From Phoronis australis (lineage: Eukaryota; Animalia; Phoronida), in assembly GCA_002633005.1 (NCBI GenBank), contig NMRA01000001.1:3455695-3519694 (forward strand): a DNA stretch of 64,000 nt, read 5' to 3'. Position 1 is the first letter of the stretch. Each line of letters begins with the position of its first letter. The notes under the pieces were generated by a model, which saw nothing but the letters and a program-made list of their open reading frames with translations, ran no database searches and was not told the DNA's origin. Shown here piece after piece: positions 11,268 through 24,789 of this stretch. A program made the position numbers and the translations under genes.

Positions 11268-14200
11268 ATGCTAGAACCAAATACAATTTTGTTGAAAAGT
11301 TATTTTTGATGAGAAATTTGACGAAATTAAAGTTCACCTGTATGCTATATTGCGTTTCAAATTGAAAAATTTTTACCATATAGAAAGCTCAAGTTAATTT
11401 TTTTTTTACAACTCTTCTTTTGACGGGAGAATCGCAGAACTTTGTACTTGACTTTTGTCTTATCTATGTCTTGCATGAGGTGGTGTCTCCATAATTTTGT
11501 GACTTCCTGGTTTCTTATTTAGCTCTAGCCGTGCATTTCAATTAAATACTTTCCCAGCCAATGATCTTGCAAGAAGTAAAAGTTCTATAATAGTGGTTAT
11601 CTTTCTGCTTTTATTCTCATTATAGAACATTATGTGTATTCACTAGGAGTGCCAGCTTTAATTTTATCATATCACATCAGAGGATTGAGGTCATGTTCTT
11701 TCATTCCATTCTGATTGACCTAGGTTAAGTCATACATCTTGAGTTACATCCATATTAGGGAATTTGAATATTTTCATTAATAGTTGAGAAAGCCAAAATT
11801 TCTTGTTCATTTTCACTGGGCCTACTGTAGTGTCACCGCGCCAAATGCGACCTGGTAAAATTCCCAGGTCACTAAATGGGAAATGATCTTACCAATGCAA
11901 GAAACCCTGTATGCAAAACTCCTGGCGTTCATAAGCGACACATTGTTGACGACATTCAAAAATGACTTGAAATGGAGATCGATATGGCAAGCTTTATGTC
12001 GCCAAATCGAGCCCTGTTGGAGCAGTGAGTTGACATACGTGTTGGGTGTTGTACTGCCTATGTCTTTACACGTGATTTTTCAGATAAGGAGCAGTTGGAC
12101 ATTTTCATTCCCTGACTTGAATTTTAGTCAAGTGCTCTATCTCCAAGTATTGTATGCGGTCATTACACTCATGTCTGTGGAACTGTGATCATACCACTAT
12201 CAGCTATTGATCAATTTTGTAATTTTGCAGTCTCCCATTTTAGTTGTACGTGCGTGTTCATATTCAGAATTAGCAATTTTCAGACACTTATCTTCTTTTG
12301 AAATGGAAGCGAAATTCAATAAAATATTCCATTTGTCCGTTATTGAGAAGAGTGATGTTCAGTAATGTGTCCGAGTCTGAACTATAATGCCCGTTTTGCT
12401 GGTGGTAGTCGGTCATGTTTATTTAAAATTCCTTGTTTTGCCGAGTTCCTGATAGTAACAAGCTTGATTTCCGATCATCAACAACACCATTGGTTAACCA
12501 GTGTTAGTTCACCAGGCTGTTTGGAAAAGGTCTTTCTGGTAGGTATTTTTTGTTTGCCTATTTCATAAAATTTTATACACTGCAACCTTTGTAATTCCTG
12601 AATGAGGTTGTGCCGCATTATAAAAAGGTGTCATTTGAGTACGGTCCTTGCTTGGAACCCGTGTAACCGAGTACCCCTTGGCAAAATGTTGAATACTGTA
12701 AAAACACATGCTTTGTCACACCATCTGCAGATTTTAGTGGGGTGTACTTGTTTCCATTCTTCAATGGTGTTTGTAGTGTTTAAAAAATGTGTCATGAAAA
12801 ATACCAGTTGTGGTCATGACCTAGAAAATCTAGCTTTGGTCATCGTCTAGTAATCTTCATCAGAAATAATTATGGAATTGAAATACCAACTTTAAAATTT
12901 CATTTAAAGTCAGCCTCTTGCTGCATCAAAGCAGTCAAATTTGGCTTGAAGTTGTTTCCGGATTTACAAAACTAGGTTTATGCATAGCGTATCTGTTCTT
13001 CGACTTTTGGTTTCATTATTTCGTGACGTTGACTATTTGATGAGGAACTCAGTGGATATGTCAAACAATCTGTTATGAATTAAAAGGATGTTAAAAAAGT
13101 TGGTGTTAATTTTCTCTAGGATATGCCATTCCTGTTGCACTTCCTCTGTATGTTAGTGATATTCTTGGTTAATAATAATAAGAGTGCTTTTGATAGAGAA
13201 TATGAAAGGTGTAAAACACTTGTGATATTAGTTTTTTGTGCTACAAAATTAAGAGGTAAGAAACAAAATGTAACTGTTAAAAAGTGTTGTTGTTCCCTTT
13301 CTATTAGAATTTTGTTCAGAAAGCACAAAAATGCAGTGGACAGTTGTCTCTTTATCAGGAGCCTGTGAAATCCAGTCAAGTAAAAACTTATGTCAGCATG
13401 CTATTGTTTGCTGAGTTATCTGGTTGTAAAAAGTGGGTTAACACGATTGTCTGGTTGGGGCTCCACGTAAATGAAAACTCACATTGGAGTGAAATACAGA
13501 ATGATAACTCAATTAGCATTCCTAGCGTTGACTGCAATTTGACGATACAGTAAAGACTCTGCTGTTGTGAAATCATTGCATACGAGCAGTTTGTGATATG
13601 AGCTAAAATGCCAGTATTTTTGTGTCCCTGTTAACCTTTTAGGAAATAGGGTTCATGTATTCAGTTCAGGGTACAATATATAGGAAAATGGAACTACTGT
13701 TCAGTACGTTACAGATGTCTCAAAACAACAAAAAAATGGCACTTGGAACAATGTAGGAAACCTTTGAAACACTGGGAAATTTTCTCGCTTGTCTTACATT
13801 GTGAGATTTTTTATCAATTCTGTGTTTAAAGTGACATTGTTGGCGAGAAAGGTGATGTCCTGAAATTGGCGCCAGCGCGGAATCAAACTTGGAATCTCCT
13901 ATAGTTGCAGAGCTAAATCCCAGTCAATAAATGGCAGAATAGTTTAATCATACTTAACTGGTAAAGTCATAGGCCTTGATTTCAGTGGACGTCTTGTAGA
14001 CAACGCCGAAAATTGGCTATAGTGTCATGAAACTAACATGGAGATACTAGGTAAAGAAGTCTATGCTATTATTTTTAGGTGTGAAACGGATATTGTCTCC
14101 TTTACAATTTGATTGGTGGAACTTCTCAAGTGTTCTCATTTGAAAACTCAAGTGTTCTCATTTGCAAAGTTGTCACTGCCGTGACAAGTATGTCTACTTT

Positions 14201-14879
14201 GTTATTATTTCAAACAATTACAATCATACCAACACCAACTCATGAGTATTTTCACTGCCTTAAATTATCTGTGGAAGTTTTTCATATTTCCACATGTTCG
14301 AACTTCAGTCATTACTGCAAGTCATATATGACTCAAAATCAAGAATGCAATCAATTTCGTGTGGATTCCTGTGTAATACCAGGCTTAAATATGAGTTAAT
14401 AGTACATGATGGGGCAGGTTAAAGATTGGAAGTGGCCATCCTATACGGCTTTTGAGACCTGCTCGGGATAAGTTTAACTGTCTATTGACCTGATCCTTTT
14501 GTTGCAATAAGTTCTCACATGCGCAGATATGAAATACCTCCAAGGGATAATTTGAAACTATGAAAATATATCTGATGACTTAGAATATGGCCATCCTTGT
14601 TCGTAGGAGATGACAGAATACAAGCCAAGTGAAGTGGAATGTGTCCGCAGCCCTATTGATTTGTATTGTCTGGGCAAGATCTTGAGCATGTAGGATCTGA
14701 AGAAAAATCCCCCACAGTGTCCCTGTTATTGACAGAGTAGATTATCCGTCTTCACTTCCAAAGATTCAACCCTAAAGACCATTCTTGCTGGTGAAAGCAG
14801 TTGTACTGTAGTAACTTCCAACTGTTTGAGTTGATGGACATTACTTTTTTTGGTATTCTGACATGAGATTGTATATCAC

Positions 14880-15025
14880 CAGGGTAGAGTTCAGTAACGC
14901 TTAGGGGCCTTGCTAGAAAAGCAAGACTTCGAAGTTACGCAAGATAATGCCATGTATTTTAAATGGGAACACGTGATTTTGGTTGGATTTTTCTAGCCAT
15001 GGGACAGCTACTGAACTCTACCTTG
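14880..15025. mobile_element. ~145 bp MITE
   Basis: TIRs CAGGGTAGAGTTCAGTA / TACTGAACTCTACCTTG. The internal TTGCTAGAAAAGCAAGA recurs at ~7835 in a decayed copy. Confidence 0.7.
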
Positions 15026-17482
15026 TACAAATGAACATGGTGCCGTGTACATATGTGAGTGCTTATTGTCGTCATCACTAAGCATTTCTGTTGTTAGCTA
15101 CTGTTTCTCCTAAACCTTCTGCAGGATCTTGAAAGTTAGCAGATGTGTTCGTGTGAAGCTGTCGTGACATGGATTGACCACAACTTTCGGACTGTGCCAA
15201 CTACTGCTGTGCCCCCTAGTGGCTATTTTAGTTTTTTTAACATTTGCCTGTGAATGATAAGAGTTCCTCCACAGATTTTCATGAAATATGGCAACATAGT
15301 TTTTGTTGAGGACACAACAAGAGGTCTCTATTTCTGGACAAATTCGACCTATTTTCTGCCATCATGTGGCCAAGTTTTGGTTATTCTGGAGTCAGTTTTT
15401 GATGTCCACCTTTCTATCGTAACCACTTAAAGGAAAAATGGCTGTTTTTGTTTTGACGACATGGCTATCGTTGATTTTTAGACTGCTTCAACTGCAGTGT
15501 CGCCCCGTCTTGGCCCCTACAAGCATACGATTTACAATGTGGTAGGTTATGTTTTTGTCATATTGGACCCAATGTGGTCATTGGAATTCGAAATTGGGTC
15601 AAGTGAAATTTACTTTTGTACTCTCACAGTGCTTGGGAGTTGTATGTTTAGAAGTGGCTATGGTTATCACTCCTAATTCCCTGGAGTCACATTATGGTTG
15701 ATGGTGGTGTTTGCTCTGTCACCAGTAATGACTTGAGGTTTGTTCCCAGAGTGTTGAGTGTGATTGGTTTATCCACAGATATAATTGGCTGAACATGAAA
15801 ACCACAAGTGAACCCATTGGCTGCTGCAACTGTACTTATATGGCACTAGGCTGCACGCCAGTGGCAGAAATGTAAATGTGAACCATGTGTTGGTTAACAT
15901 TTTTTGATAAACACCAAGGTCCAATTACTATTATATGGCTATCTGTGGTGAATTCTGTTTAACTTATGCTGGTTATTTCAAGTGATTTCTAAGGAGGACA
16001 TCAAGTAATTTTGTCCTTTACATTTGTTTTTGGAAACTTCTCATTATAAGGAAGTAAAGGAAGTCTTTCCAAAGTAATAGTATAAGAAGATAGTTATACC
16101 TGCATCATGCATGTAAATCTTTTTATACTTAAACACTCGAAGAATTAAGTGTGTCAAAAATTTTATGCATTTTATGTGAGCACTTTTCTAGATCTACTTA
16201 TTCATGCAGTGTTTGATGCTGTAATCTTGTCAAGTAGTTATGAGGTATTATCAGGGGAATGTCTTCTACAAATATTGACCATCAACATTGACCTTTTCAT
16301 GACCTGGGGGGCAGTCCACCTGACTCAGTACCAAGATTGTTCCCACCAGTCTCTGAATAGGTGTTTAGTCCTCTTTAGCTGGCCTCCCCCACTATCCATT
16401 ATTACACCCTTTCTGGTCTACTGGTTAGCCAGATTGGAGTGCTGATTAGCCTATTGTCAAGAGTTGTGTGAAGTGTGTTCTTACACAAGCTTTCATGAAT
16501 GGAGAATACTCAGTGTGCCACTGGCTCACCAGGGGTCATGGCACCTGCTGCTTTCTCACAGCAGGGTCTCTCCTTTCCTCTCTATCACAACACATTCTGT
16601 GTGTTTGAAAAACTAATTTTCTCCTGTGGTGAAGTGAGGGGAATGGAGTGGAATGAAATCAGAAGGAAGTCTGGCCCCGATAAAGAAAATAAAACTGATG
16701 GACATAAAATAATTTATAGGTTATACACGCAATTTATGCAGTACGTGGTTATAAATATTTTAACTTTCATTGGATAAGACAGGTTACAGTTTCATGTATA
16801 TTCGTCAGCTGGCAAATTTTTGAATGGTCAATGCTTGCTGAAGTTGCTTAAAATGTAGTCTTGTTTTGTGTAAGTGTTGGTGTGAAAACTGTCTAAATTG
16901 AAATAGGAACAGAAACTCTAACAAATGACTGATAAGAGGCTTCAGTAGAAACCTAGTCTTGTTACCTTTGACAGTCATTGGTCATATGTACTGATGAGGG
17001 GGGTTGTCTGGCTTCAATTAGACCCGCCTGCTATTTCCATTTCATTCTCATTAATTAGATAGGTGACTGCTATTTCCAGTTTAATTAGGATTATTTATTA
17101 GCCAAACCAGAGCATCATGTATTTAGTGATGCCCTATAGGCCTTGACCTGTCTTTATACATCCTGCCTTTAAAAATGTGCCCGTCTTCTGCCAACGGACA
17201 GACTTAGTGTCTTGGCATTGGTTGCTAGTCATTGTTATGTGACTGTAAATGCTCACTCTATTTCTAGCAAACATGAAAAATCAAATAAACATTCTTGCAA
17301 ACATTATGGAGATAAAAGAATGACAGGTATGTTGGGAAATGTAGAATTCAATAAATGTGGTGCCTAAATAAATTTCGTTCTGTAACATTGCTCTCTTGCT
17401 GAATTAAGGCCAAGCTCAAGTTGACAGTTCGCTCTTGCGAGTTAAATGAAATGGATTTGTGCAAAATTAGTGAACTAACCGT

Positions 17483-17992
17483 CAGGCCTTTATCAAGGAT
17501 TTCGAAAATAGTGTGTCCAAAATGGGGTTACCAATATTCCAAGGCGTCCATAATTCCGACGCGTAACCTCCCACCCCCAGCAATCCCCCCAAACACACAG
17601 ATTTTTTTACAAAAAAATGCATAGACCAAGGTTTTTACATCTAAGTTTACAAAACAGCCTTCTGTAGTGAGCATTTTTAATAAAAAATTGGTGTACACCA
17701 ATACTTTTACAGTCCTATCAACCAAGTGTGAGCATAGCAACATTGTATATACTTTGTATATACATTGTATATTTCTTCCTGCTTTGAAAAAGAGCCTGGC
17801 TGTGGGCTTTCAGAGGCTTCCTAGTAATCATCACAATGTGTGTGTCCAAACTTGAAAGGTTCCTATTGACAGTGAGCGTCTAAATGATACATTGGGTGTC
17901 CTTGCCAGGGCCTCCAAATGATACATTGGGGTCCTTGCCAGGGACATTAGTGCTAGTTTGGACGCCCAGGACATACGCTGCATAAAGGCCTG
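17483..17992. mobile_element. hAT-type MITE with 8-bp TSD
   Basis: TIRs CAGGCCTTTAT / ATAAAGGCCTG. Perfect 8-bp target duplication CTAACCGT at 17475-17482 and 17993-18000. Internal tandem AAATGATACATTGGG(T)GTCCTTGCCAGGG x2. Confidence 0.9.
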
Positions 17993-18779
17993 CTAACCGT
18001 ACTTGTCTGGGTTAGAACACAAGGTGCTAAATTGAGAAACTTAAAGTTGGGGTGGTTGTTAAGTCTGGGTGGGCGTTTACCGTAATGATCCATTCACTCA
18101 CACAAATACTTTGACCATTTTGTGCACAAGTTCAGTAATGTAAGAATGCACGAGTCAAATGGTATAAAGTGCCTCTTTTATGACCTGAAAATGACAAGAT
18201 GCCCGGTGCTGAATGTTATCAAAAGTAAGCAAATTGTGTACATATTTTGGGTGCTAAATTTCTATGAGGGTGGGTGGGCAGGTTGACTGGCACTTCTAAG
18301 GATGTCTGGGACATGGATGGCCATCAAGCTGAGGATGAGTGTTGAAAAGGGAAAATCATGAAAGTTGCGAGGTGGACAATTAGCCAAAGAGGGATGTGTG
18401 TCCGATATTTGTTTTATATTCGAGTGAAAAAAATTGGTATTTTGTGTCATTCCAATTATTGACAGGCCTTTAGTTGTAACTGTGAACACATTGTTTAGGG
18501 AATGCCTTTGTCGGGGTTTGCCTCTTATCTTGTTATGAAGCTCTGTCAGTTATGGTTTGACAGTTAATAAGTTCTACTTTGATATATCTGATAAAATAGT
18601 ATGGGATTAGATGATGACCATCCCTGTATTTTGTTGACCTCTGTTTGACCTCTGTCACAGGATGGTATTTAATGTCAGAAGCAGTACATACCATTAAAAT
18701 TTGACAGGATCTGTGTATGTTGAAAACAATGTACTTTACATCGCTGACGAAGTTGCTTTTATACTCTCATATCTCCTAA

Positions 18780-19570
18780 ACCCGAGGAGGATCTTCATGA
18801 AATTTGGCAAATGTGCTTAGCATAAAGACAATTATGAATGGCAATGACTTTGGGAGGAACCTTACTGAGTGGACATTCAGTTTTTATAAGTTCTTGTAGT
18901 TCCTTGATGGATTTTCGTGAAATTTGGCAAATAGCTTTCTAGAGGCAACACCTTTTCATTTTGTGATACATTTAAAATATTCTGTCGGCTTGAAGTTCTG
19001 TGCACCCTCTTGTGTCATTTTTTATTTTCTTTCAATATTTGCCATGTCCCTTGGTGTCTTCATGGAATTCTTTGTATTGGGGCAGACGATTTTCGGACGA
19101 CTCCAAAGATAGCAATGTTGCCCACTGGCAATTTTGTTTTTTTTCCCTTTGTTTCATTATCTGCCGAGTTCGTTGGGGCTTCTCGATGAAATTTGTTCAT
19201 TCCTTTGGAGGAGAGTGCAGCTGACATTGTTTTCGGGGGAGTCCGTCTCACTCTGCCATCCCCGAGTGGCAATTTAGGGTTTCTTTCCCTGTACCTCAAG
19301 TTTCTTGATAGGTCTTCATGAAATTTGCCATATAAACGTGTATGAAGGAAATGAGTTTCAGTTTCAGGTTGATCCAGCCATTTTGCTATCCCAAGTGGCA
19401 CTTTTTATTTTAAATAATTTTAAGTGTCTGCTATTGGCATCTGCCTCCGTATCTGCGAAACGACTTGAAAATTTGTAATGAAAGATGTGTTCTTTACTGA
19501 GCTGAGCATGGCCGATGCTATCAGAGTGTTTTATTGCAGCTCCCCTAGTGACAATTTAAGTTTTCTTTGC
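18780..19570. repeat. decayed interspersed repeat with ~120-145 bp internal periodicity
   Basis: ATCTTCATGAAATTTGG-like motif at ~18791, 18911, 19057, 19181 and 19312, with CCCCTAGTGGC-like motifs. Related pieces lie at ~15205-15350 and ~30960-31480. Confidence 0.55.
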
Positions 19571-19724
19571 ATTTGAAAGGACCTTCGGTATCTATGTACC
19601 TTTCAAAAAAGACAACTTACAAAAAACCTATTGCCGTATGACCACGAGAATGATATAGTGTTGTGAATGACTAATTGTTTCCCATGACTCCTCGTTTCAG
19701 AAAATATGTACTTGTATGGATTGC

Positions 19725-19906
19725 CAATTGCTCTATCGCCAGGACTTTGAGTGACGGCTTTAGTGACCAATCAGAATGTAGCATTTTTGACACACCTTCG
19801 TTTCCAAGCCGCCATTTTACCCGACAAACAACACGTTGCCGGGTAAAACTTATTGTTTTGTTTGTCGACATTTCGCAAGGGGGCGGAGCTTGCGATAGGT
19901 CAATTG
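19725..19906. mobile_element. ~180 bp MITE, copy 1
   Basis: TIRs CAATTGCTCTATCGC / GCGATAGGTCAATTG. Highly similar to 34596-34774 (shared TTCGTTTCCAAGCCGCCATTTTACCCGACAAACAACACGTTGCCGGGTA). Confidence 0.85.
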
Positions 19907-22867
19907 CTAATTACGGTACTTACGCATGTTAAGGAAGACAATGTTATAATTGGGGATACACATCATGCAGAACTGTTTTTATGGGATACACCATGGGATG
20001 AATTTTCTGTAAATTTGCTGTTATTGTTATGCATTTTCTAGTAATTTTAAATTGAATATTTCATTTAAATTTGAATGCTGTGTATACTCTTGTCCAATTT
20101 TAGGTTTGTGAAGACGTGCGTATTTGGTGATGCCGGTTTTTTCGAAGCATGACTATTTTAAGAGAACCAAATTTGTTTTTCACGTTAGAACTGGCTATAA
20201 ACTGCAAACCACTACACAGTATATTTCGCTGGATCAGAGTTCCGCAATAGGTTAGCCTGTCCTTGTTGACGGGAGTACTCATTTTTTTATCCTACCTACA
20301 GAATGCAGTTCAGTCAGTCCACAAGTACAGGTTCAGGCAGTCAGCGAACACACGCCAGCTTTTATCGTATCGTGGAGGCCATGCTACAGGAAGTTGATGG
20401 CTGCCTGCCCTTTGTGCTATCATTTCTCCCATTATGTTGGTATTTGACTTTCAACTTAATGATTTGTCCATGCCATGTGTTTTAAATCTCACCAGTGGCT
20501 GCTCTCTGCAATGATCGTTTTATCTTATCCATTTTCTTTCCTATTGCTGTTCTTGCCACTGACAGCGGCCCTGCTCTTCATAAAAAACCTGAATCACATC
20601 TGGTAATCAGGGGATAACCGATTTTATGTTAATTACAACCACTCCTGTTCAGGCATTTCACCTCGCCTATCTGAATTTGTCATTAAATGCCGGAAATTTA
20701 ATGCTCTTTCTAGTCCTACTACTGGCTGTTTAGCCCCAAACCCTGGATGTCTTATCTATCATCCATTAAGGCAGTCTTCATTCCAGTCGCATATTAAACG
20801 CATGTCATTTGTTTGCAAAATTATTCTCCGCATGATTGATCGGATGTTGTAATTTGTTTAATCGTTGTCCAGCCTCTAGCTTACTGTTCATTGATGCTAT
20901 TTTCATCTGTGTCGAGTGTACTGGTTTGTGGAACAGCTCTACATTGTCCCTTCTCTTCACTATAAATGCCTGGAGGGATGTCATGACATGTCCAGTCATA
21001 CTCTCACAGCCTTCTGTCTATGTTGGGTAGTGATCTCCTGCCTGGAATGAGCTTCCTACAAGGTCAGTGCAACTCCGCTCCACTATCTGTTTCATGTCTA
21101 AACTTCACAAAGTTTTTTATCACACCGGTACAGTCGTGAGAGTTGATTGACTAAACTTTGAACTATCTAAGGAAATGTTGTAATGGACAGTGGATGTTGT
21201 CTGTGATAAAAATTGGTTTCACGTTTGACTGGTTTAACAGGAATGTGCATCATTTGCCGGCCATTATCTGTGACAGGAAGTTGGATGGAACTGATACTAG
21301 AAGTCATTAAGTTATTTAGCCTTCAGTCTGGTTTGCTGATATTCAATCATTGTGTCCTGGAAGGTGACACTAGATCTGTTCTGACCTGAACATTATGCTT
21401 GAGTACTGCCTGTATCCCAATACAGACTGCATTGTCCATAGTTAACTGGCAATCTTGTGTTTGCCTGCCATCTTGGGGACTGTGAGATGCTAGGGTCTTT
21501 TACGGTCACTACCAGGCAAATCTATAACCATTGGTTTACAAGATGCTGCCCGGAGGCAATCTTCAACGTGTTTTTCTTCTATCAGGTTTATACCGATCTT
21601 CAACCAAAGCGTTAAGTGTTCCATCTCGAGCTGCGACATTGCTGACTAATGGTGAAGTGATTGGTAGCCGTTCACAGATTGTAGAACCAGAGTGGGTAGT
21701 GCAGATAGAGCCAGCAGTTGTGGCCCTCAATGTGTTGAATATATAGACTGGTGGGCCAGCTTATCAACTGCTGCCACTGTTATGTAATAGTACTGTTTCT
21801 TCTGTTAGCTAAATATAGTGTTTCCTGTTTCTCTTGTTAGGTCACATCTTCCTTCAATTTAACTCTCTCCAGACTCTCTTGTACATAGAATTATTAAGAT
21901 GACCCTTTCCATTAGCAAGATGGTTTTTTCATGTTCTCATCATGATTTTTGGACCTATTAGCGTGTTTTTGCTACAATACATACAAGTACTGTATACTCT
22001 TTGTGTTCCTCTGATCATGTCGGCAGTATTAAATTTATCATCAAATTGCTTAATCAAGCTCTGTTTATAGTGTGAAAGGTGATTAAGGGAGGCGAGCTTT
22101 GTCATTAGCACAGTTCCCTTGGCAGACATCCATCACTCTTTGTTCTAATGTCAAATCAAACCACTTGGCATGACTACTACACAACTCTAGTCTTCTGTTC
22201 AGCACATCAAAGTCGGTCTTTGTATACAACCTGTCACAGTAGCTTCTTTTTCCATATTCCTGACCACAACTCATTTGCATATTTTTGCAGTGAATTGCCA
22301 TTGTCTGCATGGAATTCTTTTAATTGCCGTATTGTCGATGTAGTTTGATCATATGATCGATAAGTTAGTTGTCTTACGGCGTTGCACATCTATCTGCACA
22401 TCTATCTTTTATGGTAGACATTTATGGCACAACTGGGAATGATAGTGTCGGTAATTATAATTTATATTTGGAATTGTAGGTCTGGGTCTATGCTATTAGT
22501 GTCCTTTGTTGTCCTGGTAACGTAATTCCAGGTCCTGGGATCTAATCTTTGTATTCCAAAATGAACTCAAAACTATTTTTGACTTTTTCTCTTCTACTTT
22601 CACCAACTCGAGTTCTGTGCTCGAGTAAGTTATGGTTTAAGCAGAGGATTGTCTAGACCAAGTTTGCACTTGATGACCTCTAGATTCATGCTATAAGTTC
22701 ATTGAGTTTATACTCAAACTCGTAACTTTCTAAGGTAATCTGTTAAATAACTTATCTCTATAAACCCTACAGCATTCCGGCAGAAATAAGTAGACAGTTA
22801 TCTTGAGTTCACACAAAAAATGTAAAGATAGTCTGGAGTTGGATTTCAAGTAAAAAGATATGACTGC

Positions 22868-22887
22868 GGGGGGGGGGGGGGGGGGGG
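22868..22887. repeat. poly-G tract
   Basis: Run of 20 G. Confidence 0.9.
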
Positions 22888-22994
22888 CTGGTCTTAAATT
22901 TTGTAAATGTACATCTGCTACTTAGTGGTTTTAAATGGTCGTTAAGAACGTGACTGTTTTACATGGGTTATGGAGGATGTCTTGCTTTGTTTGT

Positions 22995-23345
22995 AGGAAT
23001 AGTTTTCATGAACATGAGACAGTTAATGGTGAATTTAGGACATGTTCAAGTGAATGTTTGACTAGTCCTGGTAAATGCGAGACTAAATAATCCTAGAGTG
23101 AAGGACTAGTCTTAGTGAACGCAAAACTAACTTGTCCTCAGGACTGCAGGACTTGAGGTAAGCAACGCTGTACTAATACTGATGAATGTTGGACTAGTTC
23201 TATTGAAGGTGATACTAGTTCTTATGAATGGAGAATTAGTTCTAGTGGAAGCAAAACTTAACTAATTTTTGTGAATATAGGTCTAATTCTAGTGAATTTG
23301 GAACTACGGTAGTTACAGGGAATGCAATACTAAATAGACCTGGTG
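22995..23345. repeat. degenerate minisatellite (~21-25 bp unit)
   Basis: Recurrent GACTAGTYCTAGTGAATG-like units. Confidence 0.6.
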
Positions 23346-23352
23346 ATTATAA

Positions 23353-23734
23353 AGTCTCGTCCACACACAGCCTTCCTTAGAACAACTTGCATTAGTGCAA
23401 CTTACCCCACTTTGAAGATGAGCGTGCACACACACACATCCAATAGCTAGGGTAAGGCGGAAGTTGTCACTCCGTGCGTGACGATGAAACCTAATGCAAG
23501 AACGGCGCAGAAGAAACCCGTCTGTATGTAACTACAGCTGATAATTACTTCCGCCCAAGGCCCAACCCCACTTTTGTGGCCACACAACGATTACAAGTGG
23601 CGCAAGTTATCCCACCTCGATAATATGGAGTAAGTTGCACCAGTTTAAATAGCGTCCACACAGCCCTCAAACCTAACGACAACTTGTTCCTATAGTAACG
23701 TGTTGTTAAGGTAAGTCTGTGTGTGGATGGCACT
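23353..23734. mobile_element. PIF/Harbinger-like MITE
   Basis: TIRs AGTCTCGTCCACACACAG-CCTTCCTTA / TAAGGTAAGTCTGTGTGTGGATGGCACT, flanked by TAA and TTA. Internal inverted blocks GTGCAACTTAC/GTAAGTTGCAC and GGCGGAAGT/ACTTCCGCC. Confidence 0.7.
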
Positions 23735-24789
23735 TTAGACTATGGTCAAGGCTAACTAAGTTTAATAAGTTCTCCAGTTTTATTAGCAATGCAGTGAGAA
23801 ACTCTAAATTTGAACATCAGATGGCTGTAGTGAAACAACTAACCTGCCTTATTAAGAAATGAGTAGCTCATTGTCAGTAAAACAGATCTCCAGTCCCGTT
23901 GGATGCCAAATGTACTACGTTTACTTGAGTCGGTGAAAACGCCAGCAGTTTTTCAGTCCCGAAAATGCTGGCATTTCAGCCATACAGGTGTAAATGTCTG
24001 CCAAGTGGTCATCTCGATTTCACTTTTAAAGTGAAAATTGATGCTCCTTCATTGACTGCAATAAATTAAACACAGGCCTCCTTTCTTCGCCTGTGTCTGT
24101 CCTTTGTTTTAAGCAGTGGGCTACAAAAGTGCTGGCGAAAACATTTTGGGGTGGTACGAACCGCCAGCAAAGTTCTGGTAAAAGTAACCAATACAACCAC
24201 TGGCATTAGTGGCATTTTTGCGATTAGTGAATGTGCTGGCGAAGACGCTAGCATTTTAGCCTGGTTGTAAAATGTCTTATCACAGTCACAATATCTGAAA
24301 ATGAAAAGACCTGAAACTTAAAATTCATGAGGTTCCCCCTGTTACAGGACTGGTGTCCATTTCATGTCAAGCCGGTTTGATGTGCTGGTTGTGAGGCATG
24401 GAAATCTACTTAAACACTACAAAAGGTGTAGCCTAACTTCCTGTTGTTAATGGTGATGCTGACATGTGTTCTCAACATCCTGCAAAGGGTGGACAATTAT
24501 TTGTAAATTGAGCATAAAGGTTATGAAGTTCACGACTGTCTGCAGATCTGTGCATTTTGTCAAATAGTAACAAAGTGGCAGAAATTAACTTTGAAAAGTA
24601 AATATTGCTTGAAAGAAGAAAACTGTAGAACTTGATTTTTAATTTTATACGACTTTGTCATTATGGGCGTCATGTGACCATGTCTTTTTAGTAAAATTTA
24701 TCAAAATTGAACAGTATATTCATCGCTTAACAATCCGTATCAATAACGTGACCAAATTTCATTTGTTTAAAAGAAAAACGGTGCAGGTG

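Noticed and set aside
11750-11759. CArG box CCATATTAGG (c-fos SRE core), plus other CArGs at 9799, 24880 and 47377, as SRF control of talin
   Set aside because: A handful of CC(A/T)6GG matches is expected by chance in 64 kb of AT-rich DNA, and no conservation data are available.
20281-20485. Strong acceptor at ~20301 followed by an ORF (MQFSQSTSTG...), as an extra talin 5' exon
   Set aside because: No convincing downstream donor and no homology. It cannot be supported without transcripts.
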